DNA of 64,000 nt from Geosiphon pyriformis uo1 (lineage: Eukaryota; Fungi; Glomeromycota), in contig JAAOMT010000289.1 of NCBI GenBank assembly GCA_016748015.1, forward strand, positions 755,639 through 819,638, written 5' to 3'. The position numbers and the translations under genes were made by a program. Positions 11,801-26,600 of this stretch are shown here, piece after piece (position 1 is the first letter of the stretch; each line of letters opens with the position of its first letter). The notes below the pieces were generated by a model. The model did not search any database, was not told the DNA's origin, and saw nothing but the letters and a program-made list of their open reading frames with translations.

Positions 11801-13568
11801 GGCTGTTTCAATTAAAGCTATAGGATGGGTGTTCGTGAGAACTCCATTTATATGGTTTAGGAATCATCGAAACCCAAGCTTCTCTCCAAGGCCCAGGGAC
11901 TGACTCGCCAACCAGACAGAAATTCAAGAGCACCAAAAGCATATCCAAAACAGATTTGTCACAATGTTTCCATAATTCATTGGAGATACCAGAAAGACCA
12001 GCCGCTTTTCCATCAGGAAAATTCTTAACAACAGCTAACAACTCATCAAAACTAATCAAACACATGACATCAGAGAAAGCACCATCGAATACGTAATCCA
12101 GAGGCCAATATTGACGGGCCCAATCCTCAGATAAGTCAGACACCACCTTATGTTTTCTGGTCCATCCCTCCATAATTTCGTCCACCTTAGACTTAACCAA
12201 ATCAGGCTCTAAAATCAACTCATCTTCTACAACCAAATGATCCAGGACCACCTTGCAAAGAGAATGCTCCAAAACACTCCTAATGGTGTGACCCTTGTTC
12301 AGCTCAAAACTCTCCATTCTCTTACCAATAGCTTGCTTGATCGAGAATTCCTCAGCGCACTTAGATTCCGCTAACTTGAAGGAGCGGTATGATTTTCTAG
12401 CTTTGGCCAGTGCAGAGCAAATAAGATCAAAATTAGAACCTGAAAGAAACAGAGACTTAACCACCGATGCACCAAGGGAGTTGAGTCTGTGCCACACCTT
12501 CAACAAAGAAGCAAAACCATCACTAGAAGCCAAACATGAAGCCTTGACCAACTTAGAAACCAGCAGCTCCAGCTTGTGAAACCTAGAAGAAGTCTTGGTG
12601 AACACACCATCAAAACCTTTGAACCATTTTTTCTTAAATGTACCACCCGCTGAAAGAACCATAATCTTGTGAACAATGTTCCACATAGCGTCCACATCTG
12701 AAAATTTTACTGCCACACCGAAAGCATCCGAGAACATAGAGACATTAGCAGCTGAGGCATCCCTGAACTCCAACCACTTAGCTTCATTGGTACTTTTGAC
12801 GTCAAACTTTCAACGATCTTTATTCGCTTGCTTGCGAAGAGAATTCAAACACGTATCCAAAAGCCCACCCAGACCCAAATCCACTGAAACAGCTTGATGG
12901 TCTGTGTCAAAATGCTCACTGACATTTAAAATCTCATGACGCACTATTGCATTGACAAGACTTGAGGAGACAAACACATAATCAATTGTTTTCTTAACGC
13001 CCCTAGAATTTTCCCAAGTGGGCATTTTTGCAGCCGGGCTGCCAACTAAAAAATTGACCAGACCCAAATCAAAGCATCTTTTGAAACTTGCACTTTTATG
13101 AGAGCCGTTTTTATTAAAATCGCCACCGAGAATAATGAAAGAAGATTCATTGACAGTCTTTGCAATGAAAGAATTGATTTCACCAGCTTAAGAAAATTGA
13201 ACCACCGAAGAAGCACCAACATAAAGCCCCAAAATCAACACAGAAAGTTTACTCTTAAAAAGTAATTTAACGGAAAGGAGCCGACCAGGCACCTCAGAAA
13301 CCTTGTACACATGACAAGCCAAAGAAACGTCCATGATAACAGCAACACCCACACCCAAGTGACCAGAGTTCAAACCAGAAGTGAACACTCAAATACTGTC
13401 GAACTTGTCTGCAATCCACAGATGAACCCTACTCTTTAATTTTGTTTCAGTAACAATAGAGACTAAATTGTTCATTTCCTTATGCCACCTAATAATGTCT
13501 TCTTGCTTAGTGGGATTGTTCATGCCCCTGATATTGCACATAGCAACTTTCCAGACTAAACTGCTCAT
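8885..13568 (-). pseudogene. LINE ORF2: AP endonuclease, RT, RNase H, C-terminal zinc finger (disrupted)
   Basis: EN: CNIRG, VTETK, GGDFN, IDYVF, TDHQAV. RT: GLNQGEVFSPLLW, AFVDD, YLG. RH: YTDGS, SDSQ, KVKGHSGVSGNEHADELAK. C-terminal CLFC...HVFSC. Confidence 0.93.
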
Positions 13569-15358
13569 TAAGTAAGAGGTAAAGATACCGAAAGCACACC
13601 TAAACTGTCCACTTTGGCTGAAAGGCCCAGAACTGTTTCCATTAAACACTTCATGCTGTCTTCCAGCTTAGACACCGAAGACATATCAAAAGACACTGCT
13701 CCCATAACATTCCCACCACTAGTGGACACACTCGAACCCTCACTCATCACTACATCTGCCCCTTGATCCTGTGATGAAGGAGTCACCAACGACTGACATC
13801 CAGGGCTAGGCTGGGAAACCGTTGGTCCAAGTGCATTCAACCTCTTAGCCAGCTTACCAACTTGCTCCGCAAGGCTGGCAAGACTGCGCTCAAGAGTGGC
13901 GAACCTATCGTTGACTTCCATTGTAACCGGTTGGGACAGCTTCATCTCTGAAGAGGAGCCATTTATTACCACAACATTCTGACCAGAGAGGGGAAGCGAA
14001 AAAGACCCGTGAGCAACCTTTGCCCAAGAGAGACCACCAAAAGAGACTGAACGGGCAACCGGAGCCAAGCGTTTGGCATAGATGGTTGCCAGCCTGCTTT
14101 TATCCGTATCCAAGAAAACCTTACGCAGTGAACTACTAGAAGACAATTTTCCACCAACTGCACAATCTAATAACGTGTGACCCAATTTCTTACACTTGGT
14201 GCATCTAGCAGAAATAAGATAAGACCAGCGGAGATTGGTGTCCCTGAGTACTGGTATGGTTCCCACAGCAGCATCCAATGATTCAGCAGAGTTGAAACAA
14301 ACAACAGCACATCTGGTCCGAGCATACATAACAGAATGACGATCAATAATGCACGTTTTCTCACCCACAGATCTAACAAAGTCCCAGATATCATGAGCAT
14401 TGGTTCCCATCGGCAATGTATAGAGCAATGCCCTATGTTGGTCCCTAACATCCCACGCTTCCTTGTCTGAATCAGCCCTAGCCATACGCACAGCATCTTT
14501 CCCAATTAAGATGAACCACTCAGCTGCAGCCAAATCAGCCTGATCCGATCGTTCGAATTCCACCACCACCTTCTGCCACAGCCTGATTAACTGCATCTTG
14601 ATCGTTCTAATAACTCCAAACTCGGATAGCGCAGCACGCACAGCCTTAGCCGATGTTCCAACTGGAATTTCTTTCATGACCACAGCCCGATCTGATCGCC
14701 CAGATGCTTTTTTGAGATTGGCATTTACTAAGATCTTCGAATTCGCAGCTTTATCAGTAGCTTTCATTAGACTCAATTCGGAAGTGAACGTCATCCTGAT
14801 GATCCCTGAGAATTTTGAGGGGGTAAATGCCCCCCCAAAACCATTGATTCCAGAAAACAACTTCCTCACCACCACAAGTTTTTCCTGAGAAGATTTGCCG
14901 GCCACTTTATCCAAGCCAATATCCAATGCGAATAATTTCCTGACTGAAACATTGACCAAATTTCTCACAGAAGGAGGGAGCTCAAGAGGAGCATCCGAGA
15001 GAATACCATTATCACTACCATCTTTTGAGAAGTCAATTTTCCTCAATGGCTTGCCCAACACCTTTTTGGTTTTAACCTTTGAACTTGTGGGCGTCTGATC
15101 ATAATCTCCACCAGCCAGAGCTCCACCTTCACCATAATCAAAGCTGGTTTCCTCCACCAGACACTCCTCTTTTATATCAACACTTTCAGACTCAGTAGTG
15201 TCCCCAGTCTCTAAACCTCATAAACAAACACCAAGAACTTCAGCAGCAACCCTTCCGTTATCAACACCCTCTGCCAACACATCTCCCTTCCTCTTTTTCC
15301 TTGATGCAACTGCTTTAAAACCACTCTCAGAACCAGAAACTTTAGCAGTTTTTTTCAT
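13568..15358 (-). pseudogene. LINE ORF1 (RRM-like region, CCHC zinc knuckle, coiled coil); one internal stop
   Basis: ATG at 15358 in frame with ORF 13568-15157; CTKCKKLGHTLLDC knuckle; heptad region LERSLASLAEQVGKLAKRL. Confidence 0.88.
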
Positions 15359-15553
15359 AACAGCAATAACAGAGCCAACAGTTGCCTCGTAATCAAAAAA
15401 CGGTTTTGATTTATCGTACTGAATGGTAAAAAACTTCTTTCAAAAAAACTCTTGACTCTTTTTTGGGAATTTTAGATGAAGGAGAAAAAGAAGTTTTTAT
15501 TTATCCTTAATTTTATTTTATTTATAAATAATATTTAATTATTTATTTTAAAT

Positions 15554-15587
<34 letters not shown>

Positions 15588-15589
15588 TA

Positions 15590-16650
15590 TTAATTTATTT
15601 TTATTTAAATTAGTTTTTGGCTATATTGTTTAATATATTAAATTTTAATTGATTTTTACTGATTTTAAAAGTTAAACAAATATTTATATATAATTTTAAA
15701 TAATTAACATATTAAATTATTTGATTTTATAAATTAAAAAAAAAATTTTTTTCTGTTTTTTAAAAATACTGTTTTTAATAATATTTAAAAAGCTTTTACA
15801 AGTTATTTAAATAAATAATTTTTATTTTAATGTTTAATAAAACTATAAAAATTAAAATAACTTATATTAAAACTATATTTAGTTTTTATATAATTTTTTA
15901 ATTTAAAATTAATTATTAAGAACAATATAGAGTTTTTTATATAAAATTCATATTTTGGATTTTTTTAAATATTACTATACAAGTTAAATTTATTAATTAT
16001 TATTTTTTATTTTTAAGATTGCTAAGTTTTTAGTTATTTCTAAATTATTTTGTAAAATATTTTTAATTAATAAAATTAAAAATACTTTTAATATTTTTGG
16101 TAAAATTTTTAAAACTTATTAGTATTTAATAATATATTATTGTTTATTTTAAGTTTTATATTATTATTATAACTATTTTTATTTGTTGATTAATTTTGAT
16201 AAAAAAACAGTATTAAATTTTTTTAATACTTAATTAAAAAAAATTATTATTTTACATAATATTTTTAAGACCAAATTAATTATTTTTTTTTTGATTATAT
16301 AGGTTTTAAAATTAATATATTGATCTTTTAAATAAGTAGTTAAACTTATTTTATTTTTTATGTTATATTTTATATTTAATATAATTTTTTAGACTAATTA
16401 TAATTAATTAAAAATATTTAAAAAATAAGTTTATGTATTATTTTTAAACTAATTAAAGTTTTTAAACAAATTAGTTATTAATTAAAAATATACTTGACCT
16501 AAGTTTTAAAAATATTAATTTTTATTGGTTTAAATAAGTAATTATATTTAAAAAAAAATATGTAAAAAATATATTTTAAATAAATATATTTATTAAATCA
16601 AGAAAAATTACATATTATTTTTTATAATTACTAAAAAATCTTAATATGTG
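15590..16650 (+). mobile_element. Hyper-decayed relic of the MTT-type ORF1 family (probable host of the 8.75-15.5 kb LINE)
   Basis: tggctatattgtttaatatat...ttttaaaagttaaacaa (~15620-15680) aligns by eye to 45143-45204 with C>T and G>A changes. Confidence 0.5.
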
Positions 16651-16998
16651 TTTTCGGTAATTTTATTAAAAATTGTTATCAAATTTATATGTAAGCTTTT
16701 TAAAATTTTACTTTTTTTAAATTTAGTTGTAATTTTAAATTTAGAAAAATCAAATATTTTTTTGGATAAAATTGTATTATATAAGTTATTTAATTATTTC
16801 AAATAATTTTTGTTTCAAATGATAAATTGTAAAATAAAAATTCTTATATTTAATTATGTCACAAGATATTTTAATTTTAAAATTATTAAATAATCAACTT
16901 TGGTCGATTTGACAAACCACGTGTCATTCCTGGTGCACATTTATAATGATGCTCAACTTTATTTCTTGCCCCTATTTCTGCAGATCAAACCTTTCCAG

Positions 16999-19535
<2,537 letters not shown>

Positions 19536-19938
19536 CCTTTTAATGGATATTAGGAAATGATTATCTGCTTAGTATTCTTGATTTAATTAATAGTTTTATA
19601 ATCGTACTTAATTTATTCAGTATCTATCTATTTTATTTCTTCACATCTTTTAATCGCTGTAACGTTTCCACTGTTTACTAATAGGCCAAAATGACAGAAT
19701 TTTGAGGCCAAGCCTTTTACTTACATAGATACGATAAATCAAGTTCAGATAAAGGTAGATCTTTGACATATTTTATGCCTATAAATTGTGTTTGTTTCAC
19801 AATGGTCACGTAGCCTAAACTAAAACACTTGACCCACAAAGTATACATGACTAACTAAAGGTATCGATTGACTTGTAAAAAGTTTGTTAGTTGGGATTGG
19901 AGTTTAATATCATACATACAAATTAATAAAGATAAAAT

Positions 19939-21470
19939 CTATGCTTCCAATTGAAATCCTACTCCGAATCTTGACGTACTCTAAATATAACCAATGAAAC
20001 GGTTCCGTGTTAAAAATATCAAGCCATTTGCTTCATCAATTTTCAGTTTCATTTGGATAGTTACCTTTGAATGTTCAATATCTCCTGTGATTATAAAACT
20101 AAACCCTGGGGCGATTTTTTCTTCTAAAACTACACTTACACGACCTGAAGTATCCACCTAAGTCACACACCAATAATGAAGTTTTAATATAAGAAATCTA
20201 TGTGGACAAAGCTCACCAGAAAAACTACAGACCTGGCCTCTGAATGTTGCTGCTCGGAAGTCAAACTTGCCACCCTGTTAAAAGATAGCTTACATTATTA
20301 TTATTTTTATCAATTGTCATTTCAAACTAAATCTCACTTACAAATGTGCACATGGCTTCTCTTCTGCCCTGAGCGGCAATAATCTGCAATTCAGTTCCAA
20401 AATCGACTTTTTCATTGATTTTTTGATAATATGACGCAATTAGGGTCCCTACGGAATTCCATTGCAATGTAGCAATATAATCACTGCTAGAATATTTCGC
20501 TACCAGAGACTTGTTAGTCTCTTCAACTTCTTGACTTGGCCTTTGATATACTAATTCTGTACCCAATGCAAGTTTTTTTGTGATTGATTGTAGATAGCTG
20601 AATATGAAAATCCCACTGCTCTCAACAGGCGAAGGATTTAAGGTTTTAAAATTGATTGAAAAATCGGGGCCTTGATAGTCTTGTTCAAGCTGTAGTAATG
20701 AGTGCCCTGGGGTTGATGACAACTTATCAAGACGAAATTGTAAGGATTTAGTTGATCATTGAACAAAATTTACGGGATTAATAAAGATTTTGAGCAGATT
20801 TTTACTTGTGCTTGGATCTTGGAAACGTTCTTTGCGTTCCAAGCATAATTCGTACGCGCAGTAAGGTGGCCGTCAGTGTCAATAGTCCCATGGAGAAATG
20901 CCTAGTATTGGGTTAGGGATACAATTTAAAGCTTTGATTAAAGATTCTATTGAAAGAGTGGTAGAAAAATAAACAAATCACGTCAAAATTACCTTAGTCC
21001 CAACATAAGCAGCACCAAAGCTGTAAGATGGAGGAGTTATAGTGGACCCAAGTGAAAAATTGTGTGATACTTGAAAATTCGGCGATAAAACTTTCGTCAA
21101 ATCACCTCGGCCACCATCAAACAAATGGTTCGTAAGGAAAGTTGCTACAATTGAGACAAAGAAAAATTAGGGGTAAACAGAAGCGATGATTTCGCCTCAC
21201 GGTTAACCCTAGTTTTGTCGCGTCAATAGGGAAAGCTCAAAGTTGGAATGTTCTTTCCGAATGAACTAAGAAGTTGAAGATGATTTAAAAAGTAAGCCTA
21301 CTTTTAACCTCCCGGTGTAAACTTTCGTAGGTGCCAGGATTGGGCAAATTCAACCTTTTACTGTAGTCTGTTAGCCCGCTAAAAAGTGACTTCAGACTCC
21401 AGGTATTTTTTGAAATGTTATTGAAAGAGCTAGTTTTAGACGTCGAATTTTTTTCCTCTACACCAGCCAT
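19939..21470 (-). CDS. TOM40: Mitochondrial import receptor subunit Tom40, multi-exon
   Basis: LPNPGTYESLHREVK, LSPNFQVSHNFSLG, QLEQDYQGPDFSINFKTLNP, SYLQSITKKLALGTE, C-terminal RFGVGFQLEA. Confidence 0.95.
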
Positions 21471-21699
21471 TTTATTATATATTATTTTATTAACAAGAGT
21501 TACGCGTCGAGTTTCGGACAAACCGCCCAAAGAGACAAGATATTGTTGAATATTTCCGCGAAAAATTTTCGATTTGTGTGACATATGTCATAGTAATAAC
21601 TATTGATTATGCATTTTTGTACATCAATGACTCACAATGTTATTATTTAGCCCAAAAAAATTATTTGGCGTATTTACATTATAAATAAAATTTATCACA

Positions 21700-23617
21700 A
21701 TATAAAATTATTTTGATTTTAAATTTTTTATAAAGTTTGAATTTATTATGATTTTAAACAGGCATTATTTAATTAAAATTAATATATATTTATTATTATT
21801 AAAATAATTAAAAAATAATATTAATGAGTTATAAAAAATAACCAAAATATATTTAATTATGTTAAACATTTCTAACTTTTATTTACAATTTACAAGCAAA
21901 TTTGATTTTAAGCATTGCTAAAAAATATAATTATATTAATTAAATATTTTTAAAAAGTATTTTTTTAATAATTAACAAATATTTGAGTTTTTTTATAATA
22001 TATAGAACATAATAATTTTGAATTAATATATATTTTCAAAAAAAAACAAGTATAAAATAAAATTAATTAATAACTTAAATAAACTATAAAGTATATATAA
22101 AATTGAAAAAAATTTATAAAAATTATATTTTATATTATAAATAAATATTTTTTGCTTTTTAGTTTTCTAAATTTTATGTTTACAATTAAAATAAAAAACA
22201 ATTATTTGATAATATAATTAAAAAAACAATTAAAACTTTTTTTAACAATTAAATATAATATTATAAAAGTGTTTTTTAAAATATAAACTTAAACTTATTT
22301 TAATTATTATTAAAATAGTTTTTTTGGTAAAAATTTTATTAAAAAAACATTTTTAAAATTGTTTTTACTATTAAAAAAACTTTAATTATTAACAATATTA
22401 AATTAATAATTAAGCTTTTTTTTGTAAAGTTTTTTTATTATCTATATACATAAAACATATATATTTTATAATAAATATAAATTATATACTTTTTACATAT
22501 AATTAGTTACTTAAATTTATGTTAAAACATTATTAAACATTATATAATAATTTTATAAATTTATTTAAATTACATATAATATAGTCTTATATAACAAAAA
22601 CATTAAAAAAAATTTAGAATTAAAAACAAATTAAAATAACTTAAATATTTAATACAAAATAAATTAATAAATAAATTATTCAAAATTATATTATTAATAT
22701 TATTAATATTTATCAACTTAATATCTATAACATAAATTAAATTTGATTTTTTATATTTAATTTTTAATTTAAATATTAATATTCAAAAAAATTACATAAA
22801 TTTTACTATTTTAACAATAGTAATTTAATAAATATAAAAATCTTAAAAACTTTTAAATATTATTTATAAAATACAAAATATTTAATTAAATTATGTATAA
22901 ATAATAAGTGACTAATCATGTATAATAAGTATATAAACTATATTTAATTAAATTTATTAATAAATTAAAAAAAACAAATAATTAATAATATTTAAATTAT
23001 TTAATTTTTTATAGAAGAATAAAAAATTATAATTTTATATAATTTTAAATTTACTTAAAAATAAATTCAACTAATTTATTCAGATTAACTTAAATTTAAA
23101 AACAATATTTATTTTAATTTTTGCATTAAATATATAGTTTAAAAATTTTATTTAATATAAATAATATTAGATATATTATATTATATTTTTTTATTATTAT
23201 TAGTAATTTATTATATAATACTTTTAAAATATAAGTTTTTAAATCAATAAATCTAATATTAATATAATTTAATTTAAAATATAAATTAAAATACTAAACC
23301 AAAATTATATAATCATAATTAATATTATTTATTTAAAAAATTTTTAGCATATTTAAATTTTTAATAAATATAATTGGTAAAATTATATATATAATAAACA
23401 AAATAATAAATATTTTTAATAGCTAAATCAAAAAAACTTTGTAAAAAAACTTTTAATATCTAAAAAAAAACTGTATTTATTAATATATTAACCAATTTAT
23501 TATTAATTACATTAAAATAATTTTTTAAAACAAATAACTTTAACAATTTTATATTTTTCTAATTAATACTTATTTTTTTAATTAAATTTATTGTTTTTTA
23601 ATTTAAATTAATACATT
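21700..23617. other. Extremely AT-rich (~8% GC) tract, probably hyper-mutated TE relics
   Basis: Hand count of 44 G+C in 540 nt at 22021-22560; no CpG in the counted stretch; no ORFs. Confidence 0.65.
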
Positions 23618-23625
23618 ATAATAAC

Positions 23626-26600
23626 AAAAAACTTCTTTCTTTCTTATTTCCAAAAATTCTTAAAAAGTGCATTTTTTGTAAAAAGAAGTTTTTTTGTTTT
23701 TTAGTCTATACCAATATTTCTTTACCTAATAATAACCCATTTTTCATAGATATAAAAACTACTGCTAGTAACACCACATTTAAGAAGAAGACTCCTAAGG
23801 GCACTTTTTATGATTTTGCTGGTGGCTCCTTTTCTCAAAAGAAGAAAGTTGTTCTTGGTAATATTAAACACTCTGGTGATAAAAGAGATATATCCTTGAG
23901 CAAATTTGAATCCAGTAATAGTATTTATTCTGATGTGAAAAGTTTATCTGATGAGGATGAGGATGTTAGCATGTCTGGGGCAAATGGTGGGTCTCTTTTG
24001 GGCTTAGCTGCTACTATATCCAAGGCAAAGCGAGTCAACACTAGTGCTGGTTTTGGTTCTCTACTTGGCTCTTCTAACTTTTATATAGATAATAATGAAG
24101 TTGTGCTCTTTCCTCACTTGCCTATCTCCCTTGAAAAGAAGTGGATTGACCCAAAGATTATTAAAACTTCTGTAGAAGTGTCAGTTAAAAAGTCATTTGC
24201 TTTGGATATTAATCTATTAGCTGTGGAAGAAAAATTAGTGATGGCAAAAACTCAGTTAATTAGAAAATTTTTTTTAATAGTCAATGGTTTTGGGAGGGCC
24301 ACTACCTCCTCAAAATTTGAAGAGATCATCCGATCTACCTTTACTTCAGAAAAGAACATGGAAATGGCCACATCATTGGCCAAAGAAAAAGGAATTAACG
24401 TAAACAACAATCTCAAGAGACAAGGAGTTCATTCAGATTGAACTGTGATTGTCAAAAAAATTCCCATAGATATGCCTAAGAAAATGATCATTGCTGCACT
24501 AGCCAAGCTTGGTGAAATTAAGTTAATTAAAATTCAACTTATTGGATTATGGCAAAAAGCAGTGGTAGAATTTGCTGAACTAGGTCAGGCTGAATATTTA
24601 GCTGCTAAATAGTTTTTTTTGATTGGGAAAGATTCTGTGTGAGTGGCTATGGCTGTGGGAAATTGCAATGCATGAGCATCTAGAGACTGGTTCAGGGCTT
24701 TGTTGTTTACTTTGCCTGTGGAAATGACTGCTCATAATTTGGGCACTCTTTTGAAAAGTATTAGTGAAAAAACTTGTATTATAAATCGTTCATTGAATTC
24801 TGGCAATAGGCTTTGCTGTGCTGTGGTTGGTTTGAGTCTGAGGATGCAATGGAATCTGCTTATCATACTGAGTCAATATTTAGTGGTGTTAAATTATCTT
24901 GGGCTAAATTGGACTTAGTTTGTTGTGAAAAATGTGGTCTTCTTGGCCATTCAGCTCTGGAGTGCAATGTACTGTCTCCACTCATTACCAAACTTTTGAA
25001 AATTGTTAAAAAAGTTACTTTAGAGAACTGTCGTCTTTAACTAGTGAAATTGTACATTAAAAAAAGTGTTCCTATTTCTAGATCTGCTGCCTTTGGTGGC
25101 AAATCTTGGGCACAAGTGGTCTCATTTGCTTTTTCTTCTGGTAACTTTTATTTCAGTTCTGGTACTAGGTCTGATTTTTTTTCTCCTGGTTCTTCAGGTT
25201 TTAAGAGAAATACACTGGTTGTTCAAAGTAAATTCTCAATTAATAATTGTCTAACTTCACTTGAACGTTTTTTAGAGTTGCTAGCTGATCAAGTGTCAGA
25301 TATCATGCGTAGATTAAATGGTGTAAAATTTGTGCCCCTAGTGTCTATTACTCAAGTTGTACTTCCAGCCACTCCTGTTCTTACATTGGCATCACTGGAT
25401 ACTAATATGGTTCTGGATGTCCCACAGTCATCCCTTTTTCTCTCTTCTTCAGTATTAAAAAACAAAGTGGCAGATTTAGATTTGAGCAGTTTGAAGATTC
25501 TTACCTCCAAAGTTGGTGGTTTGGAATCCAAGATAATGGCTCTTGAGGTTTCTATTGGCTCAATCTTGAGGAAGTTAGATCTGTTGTGCATAAATTCAGG
25601 TTCTCTAATATACTCTTTGCATCAATGAGTGAGCTTATATGAAGAGTGGCTATGTGTAATATTAGGAGTATAACAAATTTAGCTAAACAAAAAGACATTG
25701 TCCGTTGGTATAAGGATTCAAGAAATATGATTTCAATTGTTATTAAGACTAAATTGAGATCTAACATTAGGCTTTGGATCATAAATAAACTTGATAGATT
25801 TTGGGTTTTTACTTCTGGTTTGGATGTTGGGTTTCGTGGTACTGGAGTTGTTATAGTTATGAACAATTCTTTGGTTCAGCATGTTTCAAAAGTGAATGAG
25901 ATTCCTGGTCATTTGATTTCTGTGTGCCTTCTATTCAAGAACAAACTTTCAGTTATAATCTTGGGTCTGTACACTGGTGCATTTATTAGCACATGGTTTA
26001 GTTAAGCTGCTGATATCAATTCTATGGTTTCCAAGACAGTCAATTTCAGCTCTTTTGTGGTTTTGGATAGTGACTTTAATGAAAATGGGTCTAGCAAAAG
26101 TGCAAGTTTCAAGTTCTGTTTGGGTTTGGGCCTGGTTAATACTTTTGATGGACACTTATTCCACCTGGAGCAATTCTAGAGGTGTTAAGAAAGTGATTAA
26201 TTTTATTCTAGTTAGTAGAAATTTGGTATTTGCTATAGCATCGCATTTTGTCGATGGTATGTCTGAGTTTTTTGATACAGATTATAAGTCAGTTTCTGTT
26301 TCAATTGGTTTAAGTGGACTGCTGGATACACATCTTATTAGTGTTCACAAACAAGCCAACCAAGACCAGTGGAGATTCAAATTAAAGAATACAGATAATG
26401 TTCAATGATTAAGCTTTAAAGATTGCTTTTCTGCCAAGTTTTTGGTTAGATCGGACATGTTTGAAGAAACAAGAGTCACTGGTGACTTAAATACAATGTG
26501 GAAATTGTTGAAAGAGACCATAGTATAGACTACTGACACAGTTTTTTCTAGGATATGGTATAGTAAGTATGACTGTTTGAGAAATAAACAATCTTCCAAA

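Larger units (their letters stand above)
8750..15505 (-). mobile_element. Full-length, relatively young non-LTR retrotransposon (APE-type LINE with RNase H)
   Basis: Poly(A) seen as a T-run to 8763; TSD cttaatttt at 8741-8749 and 15506-15514; ORF1 and ORF2 present; CpGs retained; few stops. Confidence 0.95.

Noticed and set aside
8945-15392. Many 60-110 aa plus-strand ORFs over the LINE (and similar antisense ORFs over other elements and genes)
   Set aside because: Antisense shadows of coding sequence with no recognisable domains.
21700-23617. Classical ascomycete CpA RIP, or an organellar insertion
   Set aside because: CpA is not depleted among surviving C; no organellar gene remnants seen.
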